DNA of 64,000 bases, taken from NCBI GenBank assembly GCA_001916035.1, contig MNRQ01000023.1:8850-72849 (forward strand). Direction: 5' to 3'. The notes under the pieces are model-generated. The model saw only the letters and a program-made list of their open reading frames with translations, ran no database searches and was not told where the DNA came from. Position 1 is the first letter of the stretch. Every line of letters begins with the position of its first letter. Positions 40,488-49,551 of this stretch are shown in pieces. Both the position numbers and the translations under genes were made by a program. This stretch comes from Clostridium sp. 27_14 (lineage in GTDB: Bacteria; Bacillota; Clostridia; TANB77; CAG-508).

Positions 40488-40775
40488 AACAAATTAAAAA
40501 GCAAAGTACATTTATGAACAAATATCAAACAGAGAAAATAGCCAAGGGTGGAAGCTATTAGATATCATAAATCGAAAATTCACTTTTTATGTCTTTTTTT
40601 GAAATCAACAAAAACGAGAATAGAAAAAAGCGGACAAGCCCGTTAAAGCCGTAAAGAGGTTAGCAAAAAATTATAGAAAAAATAAAATAAAGCTAATAAA
40701 AATAGGTGGTACAGCGAAAAATAAAAATCGCCCTATGTAAGTATATATATTATATGTATTTACATAGGGCTTTTA
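40488..40775 (+). promoter_or_regulatory. T-box riboswitch leader, Phe (UUC) specifier
   Basis: AGAGA box 40530; UUC-A at 40579-40582 in the specifier region; T-box AAATAGGTGGTACAGCG about 40700-40716; terminator CCCTATGTAA/TTACATAGGG plus CTTTT (40731-40775). Confidence 0.85.
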
Positions 40776-40813
40776 GATTGAAAAAATAAATAAAAAGGAA
40801 GGATTGAATAAAA

Positions 40814-41833
40814 ATGAAAGAAAAAATCGAACAAATCAAAAAAAGTTCAATTGAAGAAATCAAAAAATCAGAAACACAAAAAGAACTAGCAGAAACAAAA
40901 GTAAAATACTTAGGAAAAAAAGGAAAACTAACATTAGTATTAAGAGAAATGGGAAAACTAACACCAGAAGAAAGACCAATAATGGGAAAACTAGTAAACG
41001 AAGTAAGAGACATATTAGAAGAAGAATTTAATAAAAAAGAAAAAGAACTAAAATCAAAAGAATTACAAAAAAGACTAGAAACAGAAAATATAGATGTTAC
41101 AGAACCAAGTAAAAAAACTGAATTAGGCTCAATACACCCAATAACACAAATAATAAAAGAAGTAGAAGAAATCTTTTTAGGAATGGGATACCAAATAGCA
41201 GACGGACCAGAAGTAGAAAAAACATTTTACAACTTTGACCAATTAAATGCCCCAGTAGATCACCCATCAAGAGATTTGCAAGACACATTTTATATAACAG
41301 ATGACATAATATTAAGAAGTCAAACATCACCAGTACAAGCAAGAGTAATGGAAAGTCAAAAACCACCAATAAAAATTATATGCCCAGGAACAGTATACCG
41401 TTCAGATGAAGTAGACGCAACACACTCACCAGTATTCCACCAAATAGAAGGACTAGTAATAGACAAAAATATATCAATGACAGACTTAAAAGGAACACTA
41501 GAAATGTTTGCAAAAAAATGCTTAGGAGAAAACACAAAAATAAGATTCAGACCACACCATTTTCCATTTACAGAACCATCAGCAGAAGCAGATGTATCAT
41601 GCTTTGTATGTGGAGGAAAAGGCTGTAAAGTATGTAAAGGAGAAGGATGGATAGAATTGCTAGGCTGTGGAATGGTACATCCTAATGTTTTAAGAAACTG
41701 TGGAATTAATCCAGATGAATATTCAGGATTTGCATTCGGATTTGGTGTAGAAAGAATAGCAATGGCAAAATTCGGAATTGATGATTTACGATTATTATTT
41801 GAAAATGACGTAAGATTTTTAAAACAATTTTAG
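40814..41833 (+). CDS. pheS: Phenylalanine--tRNA ligase alpha subunit
   Basis: Class II motifs ([25 protein letters not shown]). Confidence 0.95.
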   Translation: MKEKIEQIKKSSIEEIKKSETQKELAETKVKYLGKKGKLTLVLREMGKLTPEERPIMGKLVNEVRDILEEEFNKKEKELKSKELQKRLETENIDVTEPSKKTELGSIHPITQIIKEVEEIFLGMGYQIADGPEVEKTFYNFDQLNAPVDHPSRDLQDTFYITDDIILRSQTSPVQARVMESQKPPIKIICPGTVYRSDEVDATHSPVFHQIEGLVIDKNISMTDLKGTLEMFAKKCLGENTKIRFRPHHFPFTEPSAEADVSCFVCGGKGCKVCKGEGWIELLGCGMVHPNVLRNCGINPDEYSGFAFGFGVERIAMAKFGIDDLRLLFENDVRFLKQF

Positions 41834-41879
41834 GCATACTATGAGTGCCTTTTAGAAAAAAAGAAAGGAATGTAATAAA

Positions 41880-44339
41880 ATGAAAGCAAGTGTAGAATGG
41901 TTAAAAGAATATAGTAAAATAGATGTAGACACTGTCAAATTAGGAGACATACTAACAATGGCAGGTCAAAAAGTAGAAACAATAGAACAAACAGGAAATG
42001 ATATAAAAAATGTAGTAGTAGGAAAAATATTACAAATAGAAAAACATCAAGACTCAGATCACTTAGTAATAACACAAGTAGATGTAGGAACAGAAAAATT
42101 ACAAATAGTAACAGGAGCACCAAATGTAAAAGTTGGAGATATAGTACCAGTAGCAAAAGACGGAGCAGAATTACCAGGTGGAAAAAAAATAAAAACAGGA
42201 GAACTAAGGGGAGTAACTTCTGCTGGAATGATGTGCTCTGTAGGTGAATTAGGAATAGGTTTAAATGACTATCCAAAACAAATTGAAGAAGGAATAATGA
42301 TTTTAAAAAGAAACTCAGAAAATAAAGGCGAAGAAATAAATATATTACCAGATATAGACATAGAAAAAGAATTAGGTGCAAATATAGTAGAAATACTAGA
42401 TTTAAAAGAAGATATAATAGACTTTGAAATCACACCAAACAGACCAGATTGTTTATCAATAGAAGGATTAGGAAGAGAAACAGCAGTAGCATTAGGAGAA
42501 GAATTTAAAAATCCAAGAAAAGACATAGACAATATAATTTCAAATAAAGAAATACCAGATAAAGAAGAAATAGAAGGATTAACAGTAGAAATTCAAGCAC
42601 CAGATTTATGTTACAGATATATAGCAAGAATGGTAAAAAACGTAAAAATAGGACCATCACCAAAATGGTTAACAAAAAGACTAAAAGCATGTGGAATAAG
42701 AAGCATAAACAATATAGTAGATACAACAAACTATGTAATGCTTGAAATAGGTCAACCAATGCACGCATTTGACATAGAATCAATAGAAGGAAAACATATA
42801 AATGTTAGAAGAGCCAAAAATGGAGAAAAAATAACAACATTAGATGAAGTAGAAAGAACATTAGACGAAAATGATTTAGTCATAGCAGACTCTAAAAAAC
42901 CAGTAGCAATAGCAGGAGTAATGGGAGGACTAAACTCAGAAATAGAAAAAGACACAAAAACAGTTGTATTTGAATCAGCAGTATTTTATGGAGGAGCAGT
43001 AAGAAAAACAGCAAAAAAAGTAGGATTAAGAACAGAAAGCTCATCAAGATTTGAAAAAGGATTATCACCAGAAAATGCACTAAGAGCAGTAAATAGAGCA
43101 GTACAATTAGTAGAACAATTAGGAGCAGGAAAAACAATAGAGGGAAAAATAGACAAATATCCAACACCACAAAAAATAAACAAAATAAAATTAGAGCCAG
43201 AAAAAATAAATCAACTATTAGGAACAAACATAAGCAAACAAGAAATGATAGACATATTCCAAAAATTAGAAATGAAAGTAGAAAATGATATTGTAATACC
43301 ACCATATTTTAGACAAGACATAGAACAAATGGCAGACTTAGCAGAAGAAGTAGTACGTTTTTATGGATATGACAAATTAGACACAACACTAATAAAAGCA
43401 GACACAACTTTAGGAGTAAAAAATAAAGAACAAAAAATAGAAGACAAAATTTTAGAAACATTACAAAACAATGGACTATCAGAAATATATACATATGGAT
43501 TTATAAACGAAAAAGAATTAGATAAATCAAATGTATCAGAAGAACTAAAAAAAGTAGCAATATGCATAAAAAATCCACTAAATGACGATTATAAATATAT
43601 GAGACCATCTACAATACCAAGTATGATGTCAACAATAGTAACAAACTTAAACAAGAAAAACAAAGAAGCAAAATTATTTGACATATCAAGAAGATATCAA
43701 AACATAAACGGAAATGTAGAAAAAGGAGAAGTACCACAAGAAGAAAAGATACTAACAATAGGAATGTACGGAGAAAATATGGATTTTTACACATTAAAAG
43801 GACTAATGGAAAATATTTTAGAACAAATAAATGTAAACAGATATGATGTAGTAAAAGAAAAAGAAAACAAATCATATCATCCAGGAAGATGTGCAAACTT
43901 CAAAGTAGGAAATGACATAATAGCAACAATAGGAGAAGTACACCCAGAAGTACTAGAAAATTATGACATAACTAGAAGAGTATATCTTGCTGAATTAAAC
44001 ATAACAAAAGTTACAAAATATGCAAGAAACAACAAAAAATATGTAGAAATTCCAAAATTCCCAGCAGTAGAAAGAGACATAGCAGTCATAATAGACGAAG
44101 AAATTGAAGTAGGACAAATAGAAAAAATAATAACAAAAAAAGCAAAAAAATTATTAGAAAGCATGAATTTATTTGACATTTATAGAGACGAAAAAATAGG
44201 GCATAATAAAAAAAGTGTAGCGTATGCATTACGATTTAGAGACAAAAACAAAACATTACAAGATGAAGAAATCAATAAAATAATGGAAACTATAATTTCA
44301 GAGCTAGAAAAACAATTAGGAGCAGAATTAAGAAGGTGA
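41880..44339 (+). CDS. pheT: Phenylalanine--tRNA ligase beta subunit
   Basis: 819 aa. N-terminal tRNA-binding OB (VVVGKILQIEKHQDSDHL), B3/4, B5 and FDX-ACB domains. Confidence 0.95.
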   Translation: MKASVEWLKEYSKIDVDTVKLGDILTMAGQKVETIEQTGNDIKNVVVGKILQIEKHQDSDHLVITQVDVGTEKLQIVTGAPNVKVGDIVPVAKDGAELPGGKKIKTGELRGVTSAGMMCSVGELGIGLNDYPKQIEEGIMILKRNSENKGEEINILPDIDIEKELGANIVEILDLKEDIIDFEITPNRPDCLSIEGLGRETAVALGEEFKNPRKDIDNIISNKEIPDKEEIEGLTVEIQAPDLCYRYIARMVKNVKIGPSPKWLTKRLKACGIRSINNIVDTTNYVMLEIGQPMHAFDIESIEGKHINVRRAKNGEKITTLDEVERTLDENDLVIADSKKPVAIAGVMGGLNSEIEKDTKTVVFESAVFYGGAVRKTAKKVGLRTESSSRFEKGLSPENALRAVNRAVQLVEQLGAGKTIEGKIDKYPTPQKINKIKLEPEKINQLLGTNISKQEMIDIFQKLEMKVENDIVIPPYFRQDIEQMADLAEEVVRFYGYDKLDTTLIKADTTLGVKNKEQKIEDKILETLQNNGLSEIYTYGFINEKELDKSNVSEELKKVAICIKNPLNDDYKYMRPSTIPSMMSTIVTNLNKKNKEAKLFDISRRYQNINGNVEKGEVPQEEKILTIGMYGENMDFYTLKGLMENILEQINVNRYDVVKEKENKSYHPGRCANFKVGNDIIATIGEVHPEVLENYDITRRVYLAELNITKVTKYARNNKKYVEIPKFPAVERDIAVIIDEEIEVGQIEKIITKKAKKLLESMNLFDIYRDEKIGHNKKSVAYALRFRDKNKTLQDEEINKIMETIISELEKQLGAELRR

Positions 44340-44486
44340 TTTTGGTAACGAACTCAAAAACACCTAATATATAAAAAAGTATTGCAATTTTTTATACTAT
44401 CATGTAAAATTAAGTCGAAAGATTAAGAATCATAAAACGATTTAATCCTTTTAACTAGATAAAATCTTATGAAAGGAATGAGTTAA

Positions 44487-44972
44487 ATGAATATATATCC
44501 AAAAGGATATTTTAAAAAAGTAGAAGATATTACAATACAATATATAATAAAAAATAAAATAAAAGTTTTAATATTAGATGTAGACAACACACTAATAGAC
44601 TATTACGAAAACTTATCAGAAGAAGTCCAAGAATGGGCAAAAAATTTAAGAGGGCAAGGTGTAAAATTATATATATTATCAAACAGTAATAAAAAAGAAA
44701 AAGTAGAAAAAGTTGCAAAAACATTAGAAATACCATACAAAAACTTTGCTATGAAACCATTTAAAAAAGGTTTTTTGCAAATTCAAAAAGAAATCGAAGA
44801 ATCACCAGAACATATAGCAGTTATAGGTGATCAAATATTCACAGATATTTTAGGAGGAAACAGGTGCAAAATGTTTACAATACTTGTAGAGCCAATAAAT
44901 CCTAAAGACTATTGGTACACAGCATGGAAAAGACCAATCGAGAACAAAATTAAATCAAAAATAAACAAATAA
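44487..44972 (+). CDS. yqeG: YqeG-family HAD-IIIA phosphatase
   Basis: LILDVDNTL, ILSNSNKKE, VIGDQIFTDILGGN. Confidence 0.75.
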   Translation: MNIYPKGYFKKVEDITIQYIIKNKIKVLILDVDNTLIDYYENLSEEVQEWAKNLRGQGVKLYILSNSNKKEKVEKVAKTLEIPYKNFAMKPFKKGFLQIQKEIEESPEHIAVIGDQIFTDILGGNRCKMFTILVEPINPKDYWYTAWKRPIENKIKSKINK

Positions 44973-45097
44973 TAAATGGTAAATACAGACAAATATATAA
45001 ACATAAAACACCAAAAGATAAAAAGTTGCAAACACAAAAAACAAAAAACACAAAAAAGTAACGAAAGAAAAATAAAAAGGAAGGAGAAAAAAGAAAA

Positions 45098-45850
45098 ATG
45101 TACATAAATGACATTCATATTGCATATTATGCTATAGCCATAATTGCATCAATAGTAATAGGTCAATTAGTAGACTGGGCAAATAAAAGAATGCCAGAAT
45201 ACAAAAAAATACTATCAAAAGACATAATAAATGAATATAAAATAGAATTTAAACCAAATTACATTTTAATATTAGTAATAGCAATAATATATGTAACATT
45301 ATTATATAATTATGGTATAAAACCAACACTTATAGCAAATTTAGATCTTATAAAATATCTAATAATCTCACCAATGTTAGTATCAGCATTTGTAATAGAC
45401 TATAAACATCAAATAATTCCAAACAGGCTAAATTTAACATTATTTGAAATAGGAATAATATTTGCATTTTTATATGGACTATCAGATGTAGCAATAACAT
45501 TTAACTTGCTTTTAGGAATGGTAACAGGTGGAGGAATTTTCTTACTAATAACTGTTATAGGAGGCCTAATTTATGGGAAAGAAGCAATGGGATTTGGAGA
45601 TGTAAAACTAATGGCATCATTAGGATTACTATTTGGACTATCAAATATCATAGTTATAACACTATTATCATTTTTAATAGGAGCTATATTAAGTGTATTA
45701 CTATTAATTACAAAAATCAAAAAATCAAGTGAATATATACCATTTGGACCATTTATAGTAATAGGAACATTTATAAGTATGTATGTACCATTTGAAACAA
45801 TAAAAAACATTTTAATGAATATTTTCACATTAGGACTTTATAAAGGATAA
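45098..45850 (+). CDS. A24-family prepilin (type IV leader) peptidase
   Basis: Multi-TM; catalytic-Asp contexts VIDYKHQIIPN and MGFGDVKLMASLG. Confidence 0.8.
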   Translation: MYINDIHIAYYAIAIIASIVIGQLVDWANKRMPEYKKILSKDIINEYKIEFKPNYILILVIAIIYVTLLYNYGIKPTLIANLDLIKYLIISPMLVSAFVIDYKHQIIPNRLNLTLFEIGIIFAFLYGLSDVAITFNLLLGMVTGGGIFLLITVIGGLIYGKEAMGFGDVKLMASLGLLFGLSNIIVITLLSFLIGAILSVLLLITKIKKSSEYIPFGPFIVIGTFISMYVPFETIKNILMNIFTLGLYKG

Positions 45851-45955
45851 TAAAAGGAAAAATAAATAATAATTTAAACATTCAAGTCAAGCAATACAAA
45901 CATTTATAAAAAATTAAATATAAATCTTATATACATTAAGGAAGGAATGAAAAAA

Positions 45956-47026
45956 ATGAACTCAAAATTGCAATGGTTAAGAAATAAAATGAATAGTTTA
46001 GATATGCAAGGAATGATAATATCAAATCCACTAAATATTAAATATTTAACAAACATAGATGCAGAAGGAACATTACTAATAACAAGAAAAGAAAATATTT
46101 ATATAACAGATGGAAGATATGTAGAACAAGTACATAGCATATTAACTCTATTTGATGAAATAATAGTATATGATATAAAAAATATATCAAAAGATGATTA
46201 CGAAAATTTCTTCATGTTTTGTGAAAATGTTGGTTTTGAAGAACATTATTTAACTTATGCAATGTATAAAGATTATATAAGAAAATATAAAATAAACAAT
46301 TTTGTAGAAACTGAATACATAATAGAAAAACAAAGAATGATAAAAGACGAAGAAGAAATACATAACTTAGTAAAAGCATGTAATATTACAGATGACTGTT
46401 TTTCATATATATTAGGCTTTATAAAACCAGGAATGACAGAAAAACAAATAGCAAATGAAATTGATGAATACTATAAAGAAAGAACAGACGGAGTTTCATT
46501 TGATACAATTGTGGCATCAGGTGAAAACACATCAAAACCACATGCAGTACCTACAGATAGAAAAATAGAAGAACAAGATATAATAACTATTGACATGGGA
46601 TGCAAAGTCAATGGATATTGTTCAGACATGACAAGAACATTTTTTGTAGGTAGTGTACCAGAATATGTAAAACCAGTATATGATTTAGTTTTAAAAAACC
46701 AAGAACAAGTATTACAAGAATACAAAGATGGATGTAGTACAAGACAAGTCACAAAAATGCTTGAAAATGATTTTAAATTAAATGGATATGATTTAATACA
46801 TAGTATAGGTCATGGTGTAGGGCTAGAAATTCATGAACCACCATATATAAGTTCAAGAAGTGATACATTATTAAAAGAAAATATGGTAGTTACAGACGAA
46901 CCAGGAATCTATATACCAGGAAGATTTGGAATAAGAATAGAAGATACAGTACAAATTACAAAATTTGGATGTATAAAATTAACTAATTCTGAGAAAAATT
47001 ATATTATAATTAATGAAAAAGATTAA
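45956..47026 (+). CDS. M24-family Xaa-Pro aminopeptidase
   Basis: DMGCKVNGYCSDMTRT, HSIGHGVGLEIHEPP, EPGIYIPGRFGIRIEDTV; usual position upstream of efp. Confidence 0.85.
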   Translation: MNSKLQWLRNKMNSLDMQGMIISNPLNIKYLTNIDAEGTLLITRKENIYITDGRYVEQVHSILTLFDEIIVYDIKNISKDDYENFFMFCENVGFEEHYLTYAMYKDYIRKYKINNFVETEYIIEKQRMIKDEEEIHNLVKACNITDDCFSYILGFIKPGMTEKQIANEIDEYYKERTDGVSFDTIVASGENTSKPHAVPTDRKIEEQDIITIDMGCKVNGYCSDMTRTFFVGSVPEYVKPVYDLVLKNQEQVLQEYKDGCSTRQVTKMLENDFKLNGYDLIHSIGHGVGLEIHEPPYISSRSDTLLKENMVVTDEPGIYIPGRFGIRIEDTVQITKFGCIKLTNSEKNYIIINEKD

Positions 47027-47035
47027 TTATAAATT

Positions 47036-47081
47036 GCGGACAAAAATACTATAATTAATAAAAAAAGTTATTAATGTCCAC
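47036..47081. repeat. GC-stemmed long-loop hairpin (family member F)
   Basis: GCGGACA (47036-47042) pairs with TGTCCAC (47075-47081); inner ATTAATAA/TTATTAAT. Confidence 0.6.
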
Positions 47082-47132
47082 AACTATTATATTATAATTT
47101 ATTTCAAACTAGGTTTAAATTTTGTAAAAAGC

Positions 47133-47161
47133 TTGATTTTTAAGCTATTTTGTAGTAAAAT
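47133..47161 (+). promoter_or_regulatory. Promoter TTGATT-17-TAAAAT for efp
   Basis: TTGATT 47133-47138, TAAAAT 47156-47161. Confidence 0.5.
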
Positions 47162-47238
47162 AAAAAAAGTTAAAAAATATAGTTAGAAAATGTGATTTTT
47201 AATTAAGTAAAAAATGAATTTTGAAAGGAGAAATAAAA

Positions 47239-47805
47239 ATGGCAGGAGTATATTCAGCAGGAGATTTTAGAAACGGAACAACATTTGAAATGGATGGAAA
47301 TGTATTTAGAGTAGTAGAATTTCAACATGTTAAACCAGGAAAGGGATCAGCATTTGTAAGAACAAAATTAAAAAATGTAATAACAGGAGCAACATTAGAA
47401 AAAACATTTAATCCATCAGACAAATATCCAGGAGCAGAAATAGAGAAAAAAGCAATGCAATATTTATATAATGATGGAGGATTATATTATTTCATGGATA
47501 ATGAAACTTATGATCAAATCCCACTAAATGAATCACAATTAGGAGATTGCTTAAAATATTTAAAAGAAAACATGGAAGTAACAATTCTTTCATATAAAGG
47601 AAATATATTTGCAGTAGAACCACCAACATTTGTAGAATTAGAAGTTACATATACAGAACCAGGTTTTGCAGGAAATACAACAACAACATCAGGAAAACCA
47701 GCAAAATTAGAAACAGGTTTAGAATTACAAGTACCTATGTTTGTAAATATTGGCGATATATTAAGAATAGACACAAGAACATGTGAATACATGGAAAGAG
47801 TTTAG
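47239..47805 (+). CDS. efp: Translation elongation factor P
   Basis: AAAGGAG RBS before ATG 47239; [19 protein letters not shown]. Confidence 0.95.
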   Translation: MAGVYSAGDFRNGTTFEMDGNVFRVVEFQHVKPGKGSAFVRTKLKNVITGATLEKTFNPSDKYPGAEIEKKAMQYLYNDGGLYYFMDNETYDQIPLNESQLGDCLKYLKENMEVTILSYKGNIFAVEPPTFVELEVTYTEPGFAGNTTTTSGKPAKLETGLELQVPMFVNIGDILRIDTRTCEYMERV

Positions 47806-47821
47806 AAAGGTGAATATTATA

Positions 47822-48283
47822 ATGAGTGTATTTAAAGACAATTATACAAGTTTTTTAAAAGACATGGAAGAAAACATAAAAAACCTAGAATATATAAAAA
47901 AAAGATTTGAACAATTATATAATCAAATAGAAAGTTCATCATCAAATAATAAAATTGCAGAAATGGAAAATAAATTAAAAGAATTAGAAAACAAACAAAA
48001 TGAGATTGATGAAAAATTTGAAAGAATAGAAGAAGTAGTAAGCAATATAGAAAAAGACATATATTCAGAAGAAGGATTTGACTTTGAAATAGTATGCCCA
48101 TATTGCAACTATGAATTTGTTATAGACGTAGACGAAGAAAAAACAGAAGTAGAATGTCCTGAATGCAAAAATATAATAGAACTAGATTGGTCAGGAGATT
48201 TAGATGATGACCACTTAGGATGCAATGGAGGTTGTTCATCATGCCATGGTTGTGGCCCAGACGATGAAGATGACGATATGTAA
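47822..48283 (+). CDS. Coiled-coil / zinc-ribbon protein with acidic Cys/His-rich tail (CD1247-N-like, conserved after efp in Clostridia)
   Basis: CPYC...CPEC ribbon, C-terminal GCNGGCSSCHGCGPDDEDDDM; RBS AAAGGTGA before ATG 47822. Confidence 0.55.
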   Translation: MSVFKDNYTSFLKDMEENIKNLEYIKKRFEQLYNQIESSSSNNKIAEMENKLKELENKQNEIDEKFERIEEVVSNIEKDIYSEEGFDFEIVCPYCNYEFVIDVDEEKTEVECPECKNIIELDWSGDLDDDHLGCNGGCSSCHGCGPDDEDDDM

Positions 48284-48363
48284 TAAATAAAAAATATTTA
48301 TAAAATACTTAAAAAAATTTATAATAACATTACAATAAGTTACACATAAAGTATAAAAGAGAA

Positions 48364-48399
48364 AAAGACTAAGAATTATAATTCTTAGTTTTATTTTTT
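48364..48399 (+). terminator. Intrinsic terminator
   Basis: ACTAAGAA-ttataa-TTCTTAGT followed by TTTATTTTTT. Confidence 0.85.
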
Positions 48400-48437
48400 C
48401 TTAACTTGAAATAAATTAAAAAAATATTCATTAATCA

Positions 48438-48466
48438 CTTGCCAAAAATAAATTTTTGTGATAATA
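48438..48466 (+). promoter_or_regulatory. Promoter TTGCCA-17-(TGa)TAATAT for tRNA-Trp
   Basis: TTGCCA 48438-48443, TAATAT 48461-48466 with extended TG. Confidence 0.6.
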
Positions 48467-48507
48467 TAAAAACTAGCTTTTAAGAGTATTACAAAAAGTA
48501 CAATCAT

Positions 48508-48582
48508 AGGGGTATAGTGTCAATGGTAGCACATCGGTCTCCAAAACCGCCTGTGAGGGTTCGAATCCTTCTACCCCTGCCA
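48508..48582 (+). tRNA. trnW: tRNA-Trp (anticodon CCA), CCA end encoded
   Basis: Manual cloverleaf: acceptor AGGGGTA/TACCCCT, anticodon loop CTCCAAA, T-loop TTCGAAT, 75 nt. One U-C mismatch at the top of the anticodon stem. Confidence 0.9.
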
Positions 48583-48590
48583 TAAGAAAA

Positions 48591-48626
48591 AGCCTTGATT
48601 TCAACTATAATCAAGACTTTTTTATT
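48591..48626 (+). terminator. tRNA-Trp terminator
   Basis: AGCCTTGATT-loop-AATCAAGACT plus TTTTTTATTTTT. Confidence 0.8.
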
Positions 48627-48747
48627 TTTGCTTTTTAGTTTGTTTTATTCGTTTTATCCTTTTTTTCGTTAAAAAGGTAGTCAGAAATATACTCAATGTT
48701 TTTATAATCAATCAACAAAAACATTACAATAAAGACCTAATTTTTCA

Positions 48748-48816
48748 AAGAACAAAAGCGAACATTAATAACATTTGCACTATTTAGAACATTTTAAAGT
48801 CCGCGTCTTTGTTCGT
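48748..48816. repeat. About 70-nt intergenic repeat element, copy B
   Basis: AAGAACAAAAGCGAACATTAATAACATTTGCAC...AGAACATTTTAAAGTCCGCGTCTTTGTTCG. Confidence 0.85.
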
Positions 48817-48855
48817 GCACAGAGAAATACAGTAATATAAAAAATTGAAAAAAGT

Positions 48856-48884
48856 GTTGATTTTTTTTAGTAACTCTAGTATAA
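48856..48884 (+). promoter_or_regulatory. Promoter TTGATT-17-TATAAT of candidate antitoxin sRNA
   Basis: TTGATT 48856-48861, TATAAT 48879-48884. Confidence 0.6.
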
Positions 48885-48890
48885 TATCTA

Positions 48891-49012
48891 TAAGGAAATA
48901 AAGATATATTTAATATCATTTTATTTCTCCTTTGCAAAGGTATTAAATGTATGTATAACCTTTAAATCAAGGGAATAATAAAAGACTAGAGGCGCAAACT
49001 CTAGTCTTTTTG
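48891..49012 (+). ncRNA. Candidate antisense sRNA (type I antitoxin-like), about 120 nt
   Basis: Bounded by a consensus promoter and a perfect terminator; no credible ORF. Carries ATTAAATGTATGTAT (48942-48956), complementary to the peptide mRNA. Confidence 0.5.
48980..49010. terminator. Bidirectional terminator shared by convergent sRNA and peptide gene
   Basis: Perfect 12-bp stem AAAAGACTAGAG-gcgcaaa-CTCTAGTCTTTT with A-run upstream and T-run downstream. Confidence 0.85.
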
Positions 49013-49014
49013 TT

Positions 49015-49092
49015 TTAGTCGAACTTCTCAAGTATCTTAAGTATAAGTACTAAAACCATAACTTTAAGAATTAAATGTATGTATTTTCCCAT
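49015..49092 (-). CDS. 25-aa hydrophobic peptide MGKYIHLILKVMVLVLILKILEKFD (candidate type I toxin)
   Basis: AAAGGAGGTGA SD 9 nt upstream of ATG 49092; single predicted TM helix with charged ends; own promoter. Not in the ORF track because it is too short. Confidence 0.55.
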   Translation of the reverse strand: MGKYIHLILKVMVLVLILKILEKFD

Positions 49093-49129
49093 AAATCTTC
49101 ACCTCCTTTTGGGAGTAGGGAATGAGTAG

Positions 49130-49158
49130 ATTATACAACAAAATATAATATAAGACAA
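49130..49158 (-). promoter_or_regulatory. Promoter TTGTCT-17-TATAAT of peptide gene
   Basis: Minus strand: TTGTCT (49158-49153), TATAAT (49135-49130). Confidence 0.55.
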
Positions 49159-49231
49159 TATAAAAAATAAAAAAATAAGATTAACTACTTACTATTTAAT
49201 AACGATTTTTATAAAAAATTATTAATAAGTA

Positions 49232-49260
49232 TTGCAGATATATTTTTTTTGTGGTAATAT
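49232..49260 (+). promoter_or_regulatory. Promoter TTGCAG-17-(TGg)TAATAT for glyQS leader
   Basis: TTGCAG 49232-49237, TAATAT 49255-49260 with extended TG. Confidence 0.55.
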
Positions 49261-49266
49261 AATACA

Positions 49267-49492
49267 AAGAAAAATAAAATATTAAAGATTACAATGAAAA
49301 AGAAAAAGTACGGATTTTATGAATAGAGAGCAAGGAATGGTGGAAGCCTAGCCATAAATAAGTATGGGGAGCTTTGGAGTAATCAAAAGAAATTAAGGTG
49401 CTTAAAATTTTTAAAAATTTTAAGAATTAGGGTGGAAACGCGGAAAAAAACTTTCGTCCCTAGCTATAAAGGCTAGGTGTCGAAAGTTTTTT
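49267..49492 (+). promoter_or_regulatory. T-box riboswitch leader, Gly specifier
   Basis: AGAGAG 49325; GGGGA run (49366-49370) after AGUA in the specifier region; T-box AATTAGGGTGGAAACGCGG (49425-49443); terminator AAACTTTCG..CCTAGC/GCTAGG..CGAAAGTTTTTT (49447-49492). Confidence 0.8.
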
Positions 49493-49551
49493 ATATTATA
49501 AGAAAGTTCTTGAACTTTCTATAATAAAAAAAAATTAAAGGAGGATTTATT

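Noticed and set aside
48927-48933. A second sRNA-mRNA contact: CTCCTTT in the sRNA against the AAAGGAG SD of the peptide mRNA (49103-49109).
   Set aside because: It is only 7 nt and is a generic anti-SD sequence. It is non-colinear with the 15-nt pairing and lies inside the sRNA's own CCTTTGCAAAGG hairpin, so it is not counted as evidence.
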